From Octopus sinensis (lineage: Eukaryota): a stretch of 64,000 nucleotides of DNA. The DNA lies in assembly GCF_006345805.1 (NCBI RefSeq), contig NC_042999.1, positions 173,848,001-173,912,000 on the forward strand, read 5' to 3'. Below are positions 12,939 to 26,975 of this stretch, piece by piece. The position numbers and the translations under genes are program-made. A model generated the notes under the pieces. That model searched no databases. It was not told the DNA's origin and saw only the letters and a list, made by a program, of their open reading frames with translations. Every line of letters starts with the position of its first letter. Within the stretch, counting starts at the first letter, position 1.

Positions 12939-13473
12939 CATACATATATACATACATACGTGTGTGTGTGTATGTGCACATATGTGCCTATATGAGCAAG
13001 CATGTGTGCGTTGCTGTAATATTGGACATTAAACAAAAAGGACAACACACGGCGATGAGACGAGAAGGAAAGAATGCCAACACTATAGCCATTGGTGGCG
13101 CAGCTGGTGTTATTATTGTTTATAATATAATTTATTAGAAATTTGGTGACATTTCAACGGGTCGAGATAAGTTCAGACATCAGATTTAGAATCAGATTCT
13201 CTCTGGTGCAAAGGTAGCACTTATTTAATTGTATAAAAACAAATCATAGCGATCACAGATCGAAGATCGTACATATATTGCCGGAGATTTTAAATATATT
13301 GTACTTCCAATAAGTTGATGATGCAGAAATAGCTGATACATTTATAAGAATGAATGAGTATCAGCTAATGTGAAATATATCCGAATATAAACAATAAGGG
13401 AAGCTTTTTCGAATAACATTACAATGATATATTCCTAGCAATTCACATTGAGTCAAACAGAAATCCCACTCTC

Positions 13474-13690
13474 TATGTATGTATGTATGTATGTATGTAT
13501 GTATGTATGTATGTATGTATGTATGTATGTATGTATGTATGTATGTATGTGTGTATGTATGTATGTATTATGTATGAATGTATGTATGTATGTATGTATG
13601 TATTATGTATGTATGTATGCATGTATGCATGCATGTATGTATGTATGTATGTATGTATGTATGTATGTATGTATGTATGTATGTATGTAT
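13474..13690. repeat. (TATG)n microsatellite
   Basis: Directly visible; source of the MYVC-repeat ORFs. Confidence 0.95.
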
Positions 13691-14622
13691 GCCTTTTCCG
13701 CGTCTCTTAGCACCTCCGTCGTTTTTTCTTCATCTCTTCCACATCTGCAAAACGTTTTCCTTAAATGACTTTTTTCACTTAGGGAAAATAAAGTCGCAGG
13801 GAGGAAGATAGGGTGAATAAGGAAGGTTGGTAAGCGGGGTCATGCCATCTTTGGTCAAAACTGTCTCACATGCAAGGTGGTGTGCGCAGGTGCGCTGTCG
13901 TGATGAAAACACCGCTCTTTAGCTGGCCACAAGTTGGGGCGTTTTCGTCTCACCCCGTCTCGCAAACGCTTCAGGACTTCCAAGTAAAATGTCTGGTTAA
14001 CAGTTTGATTAGGAGGAACAAATTCTGTGAGGACAATTCCTTTTGCATCGATGAAACACATCAGCATCATCTTGACATTGGACTTCACTTGATAAGCTTT
14101 TCGGGGGTGTGGTGACATTAAATGCTTCCATTGACTTGATTGTTGCTTCGTTTCCGGGTCGTAGCCATTGCATCAGCTTTCATCACCAGTGATGACATTC
14201 TAAGAAGGGTCCAGATGAACTTCCAGTTATTCTTTCTTTTCACAACACGCATTTAGTCGCAACTGCTTTTGATCTTCCGTGAGCAAGCGAGGTGCAACAC
14301 TTCTCATTCGCAATTCCTCGCTTTAAATTCGTTAGCAGGAGCTCCAGTATACACCAATCATATCAAAAAGTTCGTCAAATATTCGGCGAAGGTCCTCCAA
14401 GATCAGTTCATTAATTTTCGTGATGTTTTCATTCGTTCGGGAGATCGACAGTGGCTTTGAACAAGGTTGGTCTTGAAGTGACAAGTGACTATTCCGAAAG
14501 CGTGAAAATCACTCGTAAACTTGTTTTTTGCTCATGGCAGCGCCCTTGTAATCTGTTTGAAGCATGACAACTGTTTCTGCTGCTGTTTTCAGGGAATGGA
14601 AAACATCAACAACAAAGTATTT
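13691..14622 (-). mobile_element. Mariner (DD34D-type) transposase pseudogene
   Basis: ORF 13855..14118: KSNVKMMLMCFIDAKGIVLTEFVPPNQTVNQTFYLEVLKRLRDGVRRKRP...HHDSAPAHT. Downstream YSPYLPPCDF corresponds to YSPDLAPCDF; upstream AAETVVMLQ...MSKKQVYE*FSRFR is the HTH region. Multiple stops and frameshifts; both ends abut TATG repeats. Confidence 0.9.
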
Positions 14623-14625
14623 TTG

Positions 14626-14659
<34 letters not shown>

Positions 14660-14900
14660 TGTATGTATCTATCTATCTATCTATCTATCTATAAGTACAG
14701 ATTTGTATGTTTTATTTTATGTATGTATTCTCATGCATATAGTTGCATATCTAGACATGCTCATATATATATTTAAATGATAAACCTCTGGAAGGTTTTA
14801 CATCTTCGAATTTGCTTTCCCCTTTCTGATTTTGAAAAGGCTAATTTCTCAAGATTGTATGAATGTATATGTGTGCGCGTTTGTGTGTGCGTGTGTGTGC

Positions 14901-14987
<87 letters not shown>

Positions 14988-15097
14988 GCGTTTCTGTGTA
15001 CATAGGTATCAAAAAGCATCAAAGGTCATTATCGAGCAACAGGCGTATATGGCCGGTTTCCCGGATAATGTGTTGTATATATTCGCCTGCTAGTCGA

Positions 15098-15246
15098 GAC
15101 GAGGGTCCGTTACAGGATTATTCATTTTTGCCAGCTGAATGGACTTCAGCAACGTGAAATGAAGACAATGCATCGCTCTGTCAAGGAATCGAGACTATCT
15201 TACGACCATGAGTGCAGCCTAGCCACTAAGCCAAGCGCCAGCACCT
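15098..15246 (-). mobile_element. Decayed tRNA-derived SINE
   Basis: Minus strand tggcttagtggctagg ... tttcacgttgctgaagtccattcagctggcaaaaatgaa matches the head and core of the 35715 copy. Confidence 0.6.
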
Positions 15247-15444
15247 GTATATATGTGCATAGGCTGCTTCCGAATCATTGTGTCTCGTTCTAATTTCAAA
15301 TTTTATAATTATTTAATGCTATATGACCTGTTCAACCGCCTATGTTATTACTGTTAATATCATCATTTAAAAATATTTACCGTAGGTGATATTATAAGAA
15401 GTGACATATTATTTCGAGCGTAAATGCATGAATGATTTTTTACT

Positions 15445-15492
<48 letters not shown>

Positions 15493-15570
15493 TGCACCAT
15501 GTGGATTGGTTCGGCGTAAAACGAACCATAACACAGGCAGATTTATAACGTGACGGACTTAGTATTTTCA

Positions 15571-15626
15571 CCAGTACTAATGAAGGTTAAGGCTCACGGG
15601 ACAGCAACCGAAACCATGGTATATGA
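15571..15626 (+). ncRNA. Degenerate type I hammerhead-like motif
   Basis: CCAGTA-CTAATGA-A-GGTT(...)AACC-GAAAC-CATGGT-A-TATG. The core has G5>A and an extra A, stem II is GGTT/AACC, stem III is the palindrome ACCATGGT, the triplet is GUA, and stem I is partial. Confidence 0.55.
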
Positions 15627-16138
15627 GTATCTGAAGGGCATACTCGTTAAAGGTATGCTTTGCCAATATCTTGATTTTTTTACCGTTTCCTCACCTACTG
15701 CTGCATTTCGGTTATTTGATGGTTTATGGCGGTTGTATATTAGGGATTTAGCTCCTATTTCTAAACAAGTCGATGCTGTTTCCGCATCCCTGTACCTTGT
15801 GTTAACTTTATAAATGTATATAAATATATAGTAGCGAGAAGTTGAGGTTAAGTGCTAGCTATGAAACATATGTAGCCTGGATTTTATCTGATCCATTCCT
15901 TTATTTTGAACTTTTATTCACATACACAGCAACCCCAGCTGCTAACCATAAGCTATAAAATAACTTTTTTCAGCTTATTGAATTTCGATATGGGCAACAT
16001 TTACAACCTAGGTCAATAAACTTCTATTGTCCTTGAAAGTTTTCTTTTAACTTTCTGCGGACTGCTCGACGCTATAGTTTGGTTCTTGGATGTTACCTTT
16101 ACACACACACACACACACACAACACACACACACACACG

Positions 16139-17381
16139 TACACAAGAGTATAGCCTCAAAAGTAATGCAAAAATGATGATTACATTTCTAGTTTCTGATG
16201 TGGATGTTTCAAATAGCACGCTAATAGCGTAAATCTTCCTTTGTACCAACTCTATATTCTGTTCTTCATTGCAGTGAATTAATTATGTTTTCAAGCCGTC
16301 AAGAACTCAGAGTGCGTTCTGTTCGTGATTATGAAGTGGTGCTGATTGTCCGACATCTACATAAGCTTAGAATGTATCTATGGACATGACACCATGGACA
16401 AAAATCCGTTCCAGATGGATGACGAAGGTTTATGCCTGGGTGAAGCAACATTGAAGACAAACCCGCTCCGTGGGAGATAATTAATTGTAACTATTGATAC
16501 AAACCGCCAGCGTGTAAACGAATTGATTCCTGCGGAGAGATGACTCAAAATTCATGAGCTTATTGCACAAGTTGAATGGGGTTATAATGCATTGTAGTGC
16601 ATGGTGAAAGACTCAGGGTACAGGATAATGTGTGCAAATAAGCACTTCTGCAGTAAACTCTCGATTTGGAGGAGAAAAGGGTGGAAGTCTGCTCTAATCT
16701 GCTGGAAGTGCTTGAAGTTAATTAAACATTGTTGTTTTCTGACCTGATTACAGAAGATGAAATGTGGGCATATGTTTAGGGTCCACAAATAAAGACTCAG
16801 TCCATGTAATGGCGTCATACTTCTGCCTCAAGGACTGAGACGTTCAAAAGCCTGCAAGCAGCAGAGAAATATATGGTAATTGCTTTGGCGGATGACAAAG
16901 TGGTCACTATCCTCTGCATTGATGCACTAAAATATGTTTACAGAAGCTTTTAGGGTGATGAGACCGAACAAGCAGCTAAGAACGATCCACAATTATCACC
17001 ACTATGAGCGAGCACTGGCGTTTTTGGCAACAAATGAGGCAATTGACAAATTGGGATACACACCGGTCCTCCATCACAGCCCGGATCTACTGCCCTCCCA
17101 CATCCAGCTGTTGATCCTTCCAACGAAGGAGAGTTTTCGAGGACAAAGTTTTGATGGTACGGACGAGTTCGGTATGTTGTGTATGAAGAAGCGTTGGGTG
17201 TAAAGAAGTGGGTACAGCAGTTCCACCTGAAGAGTTTCGAAGAGAATTCAAGAGTTGAGCTCAATGATGACGGGAATGCATCGCTTGTTATAGAAACCAT
17301 GTTGTGTAGTATATTTGCATGAAAGGTGTGTTAAAAGTGCGACTGGAACAATCTATGTCAGTTATTAGAAGGCTACGCCTA
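16139..17381 (+). mobile_element. Old mariner element (decayed transposase, possible degenerate TIRs)
   Basis: LITEDEMWAY..QSM*WRH corresponds to IITGDETW..QSMxWRH. ORF 16934..17203 (HHYERALA...LGYTPVLHHSPDLLPSH...ESFRGQSF) corresponds to HDNARPH...YSPDLAPSD...LRGxxF. Confidence 0.7.
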
Positions 17382-17420
17382 ATATTGCATCACTGGTGTA
17401 ACAACTTCTGTGTATGTATG

Positions 17421-17541
<121 letters not shown>

Positions 17542-17988
17542 GTGTGTCTACCCATATCTTTCTATTTAACTCTCTCAACATATGTATGCATGTGTGAATG
17601 TGTGCGTGCGTGTGTGTGTATGTATATATAAATCTCTGTGAATGTCCGTTTGTCTAAATGACTGTTTGTGCGTTTGTGTTTGTATGTTTCTCTATGTGTG
17701 TTGTGCTTGCGTGTGTTCACCTTTAAAGTAAGTTATTTATCTGCGTTTTACATTCTACATGCGCTTACGTGTCTTTGTATATGTGTATAAGAATTCATGC
17801 GCATATATAATTAAACCTATTGTCATGAAATATAAGCAATAATTTTACTACAGTGTGTAATCAAATACGAAGATGACAGTGGGATATAAAGTAAAATGTC
17901 TGTTTGTGAAAAACATATCTAATAATAACATTGATAACAGAAAAGAGCTTAATGGTGTGGATGTAGCAGAAATGGCAAAGTTATCGGT

Positions 17989-18020
<32 letters not shown>

Positions 18021-18129
18021 TGTATGTATGTATGTATGTATGTATGTATGTATGTATGCATGTATAAATGTATTATGTATGTGCATAGCTTTATTGTATT
18101 ATTCTACTAAAATATATAATCTGTCTCAG

Positions 18130-18990
18130 ACAGAAGAGGAATGGGTGATGTGACAGTTTGGAATTAAATCATTGGTTATGAACAAAATTATCGGTTCAGT
18201 ATGAAATAGACCAAACGGCTGAGTCTTAACAAACTGCGAGCGGGTGAAAGAATTGACAGGAGTGGGAAGAAGACTGTGCAAAATGCTGATTTTTATTATT
18301 TGCGACGTCTGGGTGGAAGGTTCAGAGCCCATGGAATTTAGAGACACTCCGAAGGCTGTCTGTGAGATTAATTGTGTTAGGGTCTTGTTTTTAAACTGTT
18401 GCAAGTCGACTACGGAATAAACGTAAAGAGAAGGAATTTATACGGGAGGTGACGCATTAAGATGTGTGATTGGCGATGACACCCGAAGAGCCACCTCCGA
18501 TGAATAGTGACCATAGTATTTATAGATGTTAGTGTTTGTGTATTATCTAGTTTTGAAGACAAATAATAGTGTTTAAGATGCAGTTAAGAACGTACGTCCA
18601 TTGTAAGAGATCATCGGTGATTATTAAAGCTAGCATTTGAAACGATTATGAGGGCAATAGTTGTGTGCTGTTCATATTTTAAGGGGATTGTGGTGTAATG
18701 ATGTCTTCTTGATATGAGAAATATTTGAGTTGGGATTTCGTTTACAAAAAAAAACGTTATTGACTTGACTCCATTAGAGGATGTTTTCAAGGGCCGTGAT
18801 CATGGAGTCAGTATATATTTGGTGTGGAGAGTTGATATTGAATTTGGATGAAGCTTAGAACAAAAGTTTAGGTTCGAATAAAGAACGGTGTCATTTGCGT
18901 AAGAATGGGAGTTTTGAATATAACAGCTAGTAGGTCATTGTTATACAGAAATAGTGGGGTAAGAAAGAAGTTGACCCTGGGTTACACCAG
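18130..18990 (-). mobile_element. Decayed CR1/L2/Jockey-group LINE RT remnant
   Basis: Minus-strand INSGVTQGQLLSYPT..NNDLL..HSYANDT corresponds to SGVPQGSVLSPTLF..INDL..YADD. Confidence 0.6.
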
Positions 18991-19127
18991 AGTTGATACA
19001 GTGTGTTTCTACTGAAATAATTATAAATGTATGTTTGCGTTGGTATGAATTTCTATATATACATACATGCATGCATACATACATACATACATACATACAT
19101 ACATACATACATACATACATACATACA

Positions 19128-19159
<32 letters not shown>

Positions 19160-19160
19160 C

Positions 19161-19212
<52 letters not shown>

Positions 19213-19789
19213 TTAATTTGTAGTATAAATACATATATATATATATACATATATATATTATACATATGTATGGCATATGTGTATATAACCCATGCACCTA
19301 ACTGTATTTCTCCGTCGTTGTTAGTTAATTGCTGTTAGCACACAGAATTGGATCAAAACTGTATGCATGTAATCATCATTTTCTGATATATATGGTGTGA
19401 TGAGTTAGTTTTCGCTATTATACATCTCTGTATAATATACAATTCTGATATATAACGCTAAATATGGATATTGATATAAAATGTGTTGAGTTGGATTGTG
19501 AGCATTAAAATTAATAATAATACTACAATGAGAAGATTACGAAACGGCTGTCATCGTATGGAAATCATATGACAATAATAAGTCTGTATTCAACTCTCGT
19601 ACCTTCTGATTTCATGATTATTTCTTACTACTCATGAAAACATTTAGTGCTTTCTATTCTTGGCTTTCGGTTGTATCGATAAGTAAAATTATAATGTAAT
19701 TTAAATAATCTATGAATCGACAGCTGTTTACTGTGAGTTCTCCTTAATTCTCCGAATTCAAGTTTCTACTTTATATGTATTGCTGATTG

Positions 19790-19825
<36 letters not shown>

Positions 19826-19832
19826 CCATTAC

Positions 19833-19882
<50 letters not shown>

Positions 19883-20419
19883 CGTAAATGTAAATATATA
19901 TGTATATATATAAATGTAAATATATATATATATATACATGTGTGTATACATGTATATATAATTATATGCATGTATATGTGTATATATGCATTCGTAGTTG
20001 TACGCATGCACGCAACTTTTATATAATATACGCCTGCAGCTAGAGTTTGCATTTCCGCTAGCTGCCAAAATCGGGTCTGTTTTCACTGAATATTTTAGAG
20101 AAGCTCCTAGAATCAACGTTCTTATGATTGTCATCAATCTAATGAATGAAGGAAATAAAAATAATATGGTAGATTCGACGGTGCCAAAAATCTATCAGCG
20201 TCACAGAAATAACGTAATAAGTAATACAAAATTGATATAACCAACTCTGCCTATATGCAAATTGTTCTATTTGCCAAAAATGCTCCTAGGCTTTTCAATT
20301 CAATATTGTCACAAGTAAATGTCTAAATTATTTTATCTTCGTCATTTAATTACACATACCTACCTAAATATTTATGCGCATGCGTACCTACAGCATATAT
20401 TTATACGTACATTCTTCCC

Positions 20420-20514
<95 letters not shown>

Positions 20515-20899
20515 GTATATATATATATATACATATGTATATATATATATATATGCCAAGTTAAAAAGCAGAAATTTTCCAGGTAATAAGCTGAAATTTT
20601 GCGTGGGAAAACTGTTTTCAAGGAGAATCTCGTATATGTGACCTTTTGGAATATTTTCTATTAACCCGAGCAAAACTGTTACAGTTATTAATATACATAC
20701 ATGCAAATATACATACATACACAAATACATAGACACATACGTACACAAATACTTACACGTGTACATACATACATGCATGCATACATACAAGTGTACACAC
20801 ATACATGCATGCATACGTACATACATACATACATATATACGTACAAAGACACATACATACACAAATACATACATGCACAAATACATAAATATTCTCTTC

Positions 20900-21250
20900 A
20901 ACTGCGCTTAGATATCCACTAGCTTCACCCTTTTCAAACAGCGCCGTCTGCTCTGGCTCGATCATGTATATTTTATGCAGGACGGCAGACTGCCTCTAAG
21001 AGGACCCGGGTGAAGGGCACGAGGACGACTTCATCTTTGTTACACAGAGGTCTACAAGAGTGAGATGAAGCTAATAGATCTAGAGGTGCTAAGCTGGGAA
21101 TATGTGGCAAATGATTGCTCAACTACTACGCAGGGATAGAACTAGGGAAAGAGAAATTGAAGCATGCCACTGAAGAAAAGCGCGCTAGAAGAAAGCACCG
21201 ATAGAGAGCATCTTCAAATGCAGTCGCTTCACGCAAGACTGTTTTCCCAA
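20900..21250 (+). mobile_element. RTE-type LINE C-terminal fragment
   Basis: KQRRLLWLDHVYFMQDGRLP ... RARGR..YTEVYKSEMK..EEKRARRK corresponds to QRRLRWLGHVxRMxDGRLPK of RTE elements. Confidence 0.7.
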
Positions 21251-21267
21251 TATATATATATATATTT

Positions 21268-21577
21268 AACGCTCAGTGGTTAGAGCTTCGAGCTTACGAT
21301 CGTGAGGTTGTGAGTTCGACTCCCGGACCGGGCTGGGTGTTGTGTTCTTGAGCAAGACATTTTATTTCACGTTGCTCCAGTTAACTCAGCTGTAGAAACG
21401 AGTTGCGACATCACTGGTTCCAAGCTATATCGGACTTTGCCTTTCCCTTGGATGACATCAGTGGTGTAGAGAGAGGAGGCTGGTATGCATGGGTGACTGC
21501 TGGCCTTCTACAAACATTATTGCCCGGACTTGCGCCTCGGAGGGTAACTTTCTAGGTGCAATTCCATGGTCATTCAT
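21268..21577 (+). mobile_element. tRNA-derived SINE with CORE-like central motif
   Basis: A box gctcagtggtt, B box gagttcgactcc, and central tgttcttgagcaagacattttatttcacgttgctccag (similar to CORE ccttgggcaagtcact). This motif recurs at about 35780 and 36053. Confidence 0.8.
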
Positions 21578-21847
21578 ATATGCTTTATTAAAAGCAGCAG
21601 AAATATCACAAAAATTGTCACTTAGAGTTTCACGTTCCCTTTCGTCTGACAGTTTTGTTAGAATGGAACAGAAATGATATTTCGAGTAAGAAAAGAAAAG
21701 AAAGGTAGCAGAACCATTTTCAAAGGTGTATCCTTTAAACTAGTTTTATATTTGATTTCTGTTCCTTTCTAACAAAACTGTCCTACGAACGGGAACGTGA
21801 AAATCTGAGTAACAGTTTTTGTGATATTTCTGCTGATTTTAATAAAG

Positions 21848-21882
<35 letters not shown>

Positions 21883-22001
21883 TATATATATACACACACA
21901 TACGCACGCACACACACGCACACACACGCACACACACATACATGTATATATATATATATATATAGATATATATATATATATAGATATATATATATATATA
22001 T

Positions 22002-22056
<55 letters not shown>

Positions 22057-22404
22057 ATACCACTACAATCTTTTGCCAGCTTTAGCCGCTGCACTGCAGC
22101 CTTTATGGGTACTTATTACGAGGTAGAATTTTATCGAACTTTTTTGTTTTACCTGAGTTTACCAGTTTATATTCCTTGTAGACTTATATATGACAATATG
22201 TTTGCCGCAATGTACTTCAGTATACAACCAATCAAAGAGAGACACAGCGAAGCATGTGTGTGTTTGTGTGTGTATGTGTTTGTGTGTGTATCTGAGACGT
22301 GCGCGCACATGTCTGTATATGTGTGTACGTGTGTGTGTATATGTCTGTATGTGTATGTGAGAAAGAGAGAGAGAGTTTGCGTACGCATGTGACAAGTTTT
22401 CTTA

Positions 22405-22545
22405 CAGTTTTCAACGGCCAAATTTCACTTGCATGGCATCGGCCAAGCCATGATCACGACAGAAGAAAACATTCGCTTAATATGTTGCGCATTATGCTAG
22501 AATCAAGAACCACATGTTTGTGAAGTGAATTTTTTTTTAACAAAG
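22405..22545 (-). mobile_element. Decayed SINE of the 43129-43293 family
   Basis: acagttttcaacggccaaatttcacttgcatggcatcgg...acagaagaaaacattcgc aligns loosely to 25022-25182 and 43129-43293. Confidence 0.45.
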
Positions 22546-25021
22546 TCGTATACACATAAATACTTGCAAGGTGAAAATATCACACAGCAAAAGCAATGCA
22601 AACATCAAAATATCATTTATTGCAAATTAAATCTCTAGATTAGCCATGTTGTTGAATTTTTTTTTTATGACATATAATTTATTTTTAGCATATTGTTAAA
22701 ACTGTGCTTTAATAAGTTCCTTTCTCAAATACTTTTAAAACGAAATATTTTCAAATTCAATAACGTTTTAATCCGCCAGGAATCTTGAAATCTAAATATC
22801 TAAACAAAAAACTTTGAGATCACACATGCAGTTAAAACACTGAGAGACGGTATAGCATTACAAACACGCAAGCCATTCATACAGAAAGATGTGTACTCAT
22901 ACACACAAAGAGAAAATTATATAACAGATAGGCAATGCTGTCAAATGCATATGCACGTATAAGATTAAGTTCTATTTTTCAGTTTAAGCATTGCATTGTA
23001 GGGGTTATAAATATTATAATAATGGAAAATAATTTAATTTCTCTTTCAAATATATCTTTTTAAATTCCATATAAAAAAATATGCAGATTGTATACAAGCT
23101 GAGAATCAAAACAACTAAAAGTTATTTATATCCCACTAAGGGAATATAGCGTGCCATAGACAAACATTAATTTATATATAGAATTACACAGTAATAAGGT
23201 ACGAATGCATACAGAGAATTAAGTGTATCTACATTTAATATAAAGAAATGTTTTCTTTTTTTGCTAAATATATAGCTTTGTTGCTTTAAAATCGAAGAAC
23301 TGATATATAAGTAATATGAGCGAAAGTAATTTAAATAGTTTTTTTTAATTTTCGTAATAATATCATTGCAAATTGTCGGTACATTTTAGCAAACAAATTC
23401 GCTCTCGTGGAAACGGATTCACGCCCTCGTACCATTACTGAGGAAAAACGAAGAAAAATCAATAAACAAGTTTTTACTGAGTAAGTTGGATAGAATTTCA
23501 TGGACTATAAATATAAGAGAATGCTGTAAATATAAAATATATAAATATGCTGAAACCTACGTTATGGTCATAATTTGTTAAGACATATAGATGCGTATTC
23601 AGTTAATACAAACGGGCAACGCTGAATGCTTGCTATCGAATAAAACCATATTTCCAAAGTTATATAAAATACCTGAAATCTGTAGATCGGAAATACATCG
23701 CACTAAGCATATCCTTGACCAAATACATAAAGTAGTCAAAGATGATATAATGAAAATAAATAGTTTATGATAGAAAAAAAGGAAGATATAGATCTAAGAT
23801 AAGCATGAAAATCAATAAGTTGAACAGACAGGATATACATGGTATAAAATATTACACATATGATCATTTGATCATATTCACCATTTATAATATTCCAGTA
23901 AATCATAATTGACGAAGTAAAACATCAACATGTGTAAGATGCAGTTTTCTTTACTTCGTAAATTTAGCTCCCCTGTGTGTGGAAAGGTGACTTCTATCAT
24001 TGACGTTGCTAGTCTCGCTACTAACGAAAAGGCCATACTTATCTGTCACTGTTCGATTTAAAAATATGTTTGATTTCACACTAACAATATCAGATATATT
24101 CTAGGATACAAGATGAGGAAGAGCTTGCCATTCCCATGAATTTATTTTCTCTTTTTTTTTTTCGTTTTGGTTATCTTGTTGAACGTGCTGCATTATTTTC
24201 ATGGAACAGTCGTAAGGTCTCTCACTTCCATTCTCTTTCCATTTTTCCAATATCCCTGATATGATTTTGCACAGTGGACTGAGGTTTATTACGTCACCGA
24301 TCCTTTGATGCGGATTGCCAGCAATTGTTTTCACTGCGTCGTTACTGAAAGCAGCTGCTCTTCCTGAACAAAACCCATTGAAAAAAACCAAAATCACCGT
24401 TTTTTAAAATTTGACCCATCTTTGGCATTTCCGAACATTTCCAAGCTGAAACATATACTGATATATTAGAGATAGAAAATTATAAAAATATATGAATACT
24501 AAAAATATACATGGACATGTGAATATATGGATATATAAACATAATAATAATGGAATATAGATAAAAACGTGTGTTTTTTTAATTAAAATATGGTATAGAG
24601 AAAATAATAGGCATTTAAAAGTGTTTGGGGTTACATGTTAGAAGAAAATAAATTATTCCAACTATCGTTTCTGAGGTTCATTCGGCCAAGTAAATGAATC
24701 TTAAGATTCATTTTCAGAGAATATCTCCTTCATCAGGGAAAAATTATATTTATGCTGGATATGCGTTCAGTTCTTTACCAAAGTATGAGATAATTGGATG
24801 CTTTTATAGAAGAGCGGATTTAGCTATGCAAATAACGGAAGTCTTTATGAAGGGTGATGGGAGTAAAATTAGATTGCTTACTGTCTTTCTTAAAATTTAT
24901 ATTTGTATTGGCGATATATTGTTATAAGCAGTAGGTTGTTCAGTTGTGCAACAGAAATGACTAGGGTTATTGCTAAGTGGATTCAGATTTAAATCGTCTC
25001 CCTACGCATATATATATATAT

Positions 25022-25182
25022 ACGACCGGCTTCCACACAGTTTCTTTCTGCCAAACATACATGACCTTGGTCAGTCCAAGACTATTGTTGAAGGCATTTG
25101 CTCAAGGTGCGCGAAGTGGAACTGAATACGAACCACGTCGTTGCAAAGCGAGTTTCTTAAGCACACATCCAGGCCTGTGGCT
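25022..25182 (-). mobile_element. tRNA/CORE-like SINE
   Basis: Aligns by eye to 43129-43293 and 28972-29108; the 3' end runs into (TA)n. Confidence 0.75.
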
Positions 25183-25903
25183 ATATCAACGTTTGTGTAT
25201 AATATGTTCACATTTTCTTTATGACTGCATTGTTTAATCATTTAAATATGCTGTTACTGAGAAAATCGATTTATGATACGCTATACAGCATTACACATGA
25301 TCATTCCGTATAAAAATGAACATTACTGCAGCATTTATTTTTCTAAAACAATAGTTTTACGATAAAATATTTATTAGCTTATTTGTACACTTCTATATAT
25401 TAACACTCATCATAACTGGACATAATTCAACGATGTGGGGCCTAGAGAAATGTGCGTAGGGAGCAATATCTTCCAGTGATTTGAAATATACAGTTCAATA
25501 TTTCTTTATAAAAAAAAAAAAAAGGCAATTGTATTCGAATGAAAGACATGACAGTTTCGTCTCAATTGCTTCTCTATAACTTCTAATGAATTCTTGCAAA
25601 CAGAAATATGAAACGAAATCAATCGAATTTGATGAAATTTAGAAAATACACTAAATTAAACGGAAATAATATATCATCATTGAAAGTCGACGAACACACA
25701 TCTCAGGAAAAAATGCTGCAGATAAAGATTTTCTCAACTCACATATACATAAAAGACATAAATTTTCTGTTAAATATAATTCGTGATCAATCTCTCAAAC
25801 GAGAGGAAAGCGCTAAATAAATAATTATCCAAAATTCCGAACCTTCCTTTTTCTTAAGATATACATTATATATAAAGTGTTGAGGTAAACATTTCTATTG
25901 ATA

Positions 25904-25965
<62 letters not shown>

Positions 25966-26597
25966 GTGTGTGTGTGTGTATGTGTGTGTGCGTGTGGTTG
26001 TGTGTGTGAAAATAAAGATATAAAATTATATTTTCACATAAATATTTTCATATAACGACTTTACTCTAAAAATTTTAACGTATGCTGTCACAAGGTAATT
26101 CTTATACAAGAAAAAGGGGAGTTAATTACTGGAAAAGTTTCGTATAGAAGTTTTCGCATAAAACAAGTTAAAGTATAAAATAAATTTTCGTATACAATCA
26201 GTTTGAGATTTTATTGTATCACATTTTACTAACCGATTTCGCTATGATTTAGATATAAGCTTCAATGCATTTTTAGTCCATGTGAGATTCATTTTATACA
26301 GCAATGTCGCGTATTTCATTTCCAAAACAAGACATGACTCTGCGCATTTCTTGTCACGAATGTTGTTTTCATAAGACCATATGTCAGTTAATATTTTCAG
26401 AAAGTGATATTTCTTTTTATACATAATTAATAGAGGTAAGGGTGTTTAATTAAAATATCAGATAAAAATATAAAGTTAGAGGTTTCTCTTTTGATAAATA
26501 ATGTTTTCTTTACCCAGAATGTGTCTGATAATTTTTTTTAATGTCTTTATTGATATGCTAGTGTAATTGTTATTGATCCTGGTGAATACAAACATTA

Positions 26598-26788
26598 TTC
26601 TTTCTCCTATAGGCACAAGGCCTGAAATATTTTGTGGAATGCGGTAGTTAAGCACATCGACCCCAATGCTCAACTGGTACTTATTTTATCGATCTTAAAA
26701 CAATGGAAGGCAAAGAAGACAACGTATAACCGGAAGAAATAGTACTAAGCATTTTGTACAGCGCTGTATGATTCTGCCAACTTGCCGC
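26598..26788 (-). mobile_element. SINE family B
   Basis: Reverse complement of the family at 27316, 27524 and 41661 (ggcagaatc...aataagtaccagttgagc..ggggtcgatg...ccttgtgcc). Confidence 0.75.
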
Positions 26789-26975
26789 ATTTCCATACAT
26801 GCATGACGATAATGTGTTACATTTACATTTTTAGTCTAGGGTGTCTGAAATGCATCGAGCTAAAAAGTAATTCATGACAACCATCTTATATTTAGAAAGG
26901 ACAGAATATATTTTATACGGAATTCAGTTTTAAAATAGCAAACGAATGTAACTTCGAAAGAAATTCTACTCATAT

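Noticed and set aside
13870-14115. Plus-strand ORFs over transposons (also 14269..14460, 33291..33578, 44683..44901, 53846..54088, 56354..56662, 59881..60724, 62091..62686)
   Set aside because: They are antisense shadows of mariner, RTE or R4/Dong coding strands.
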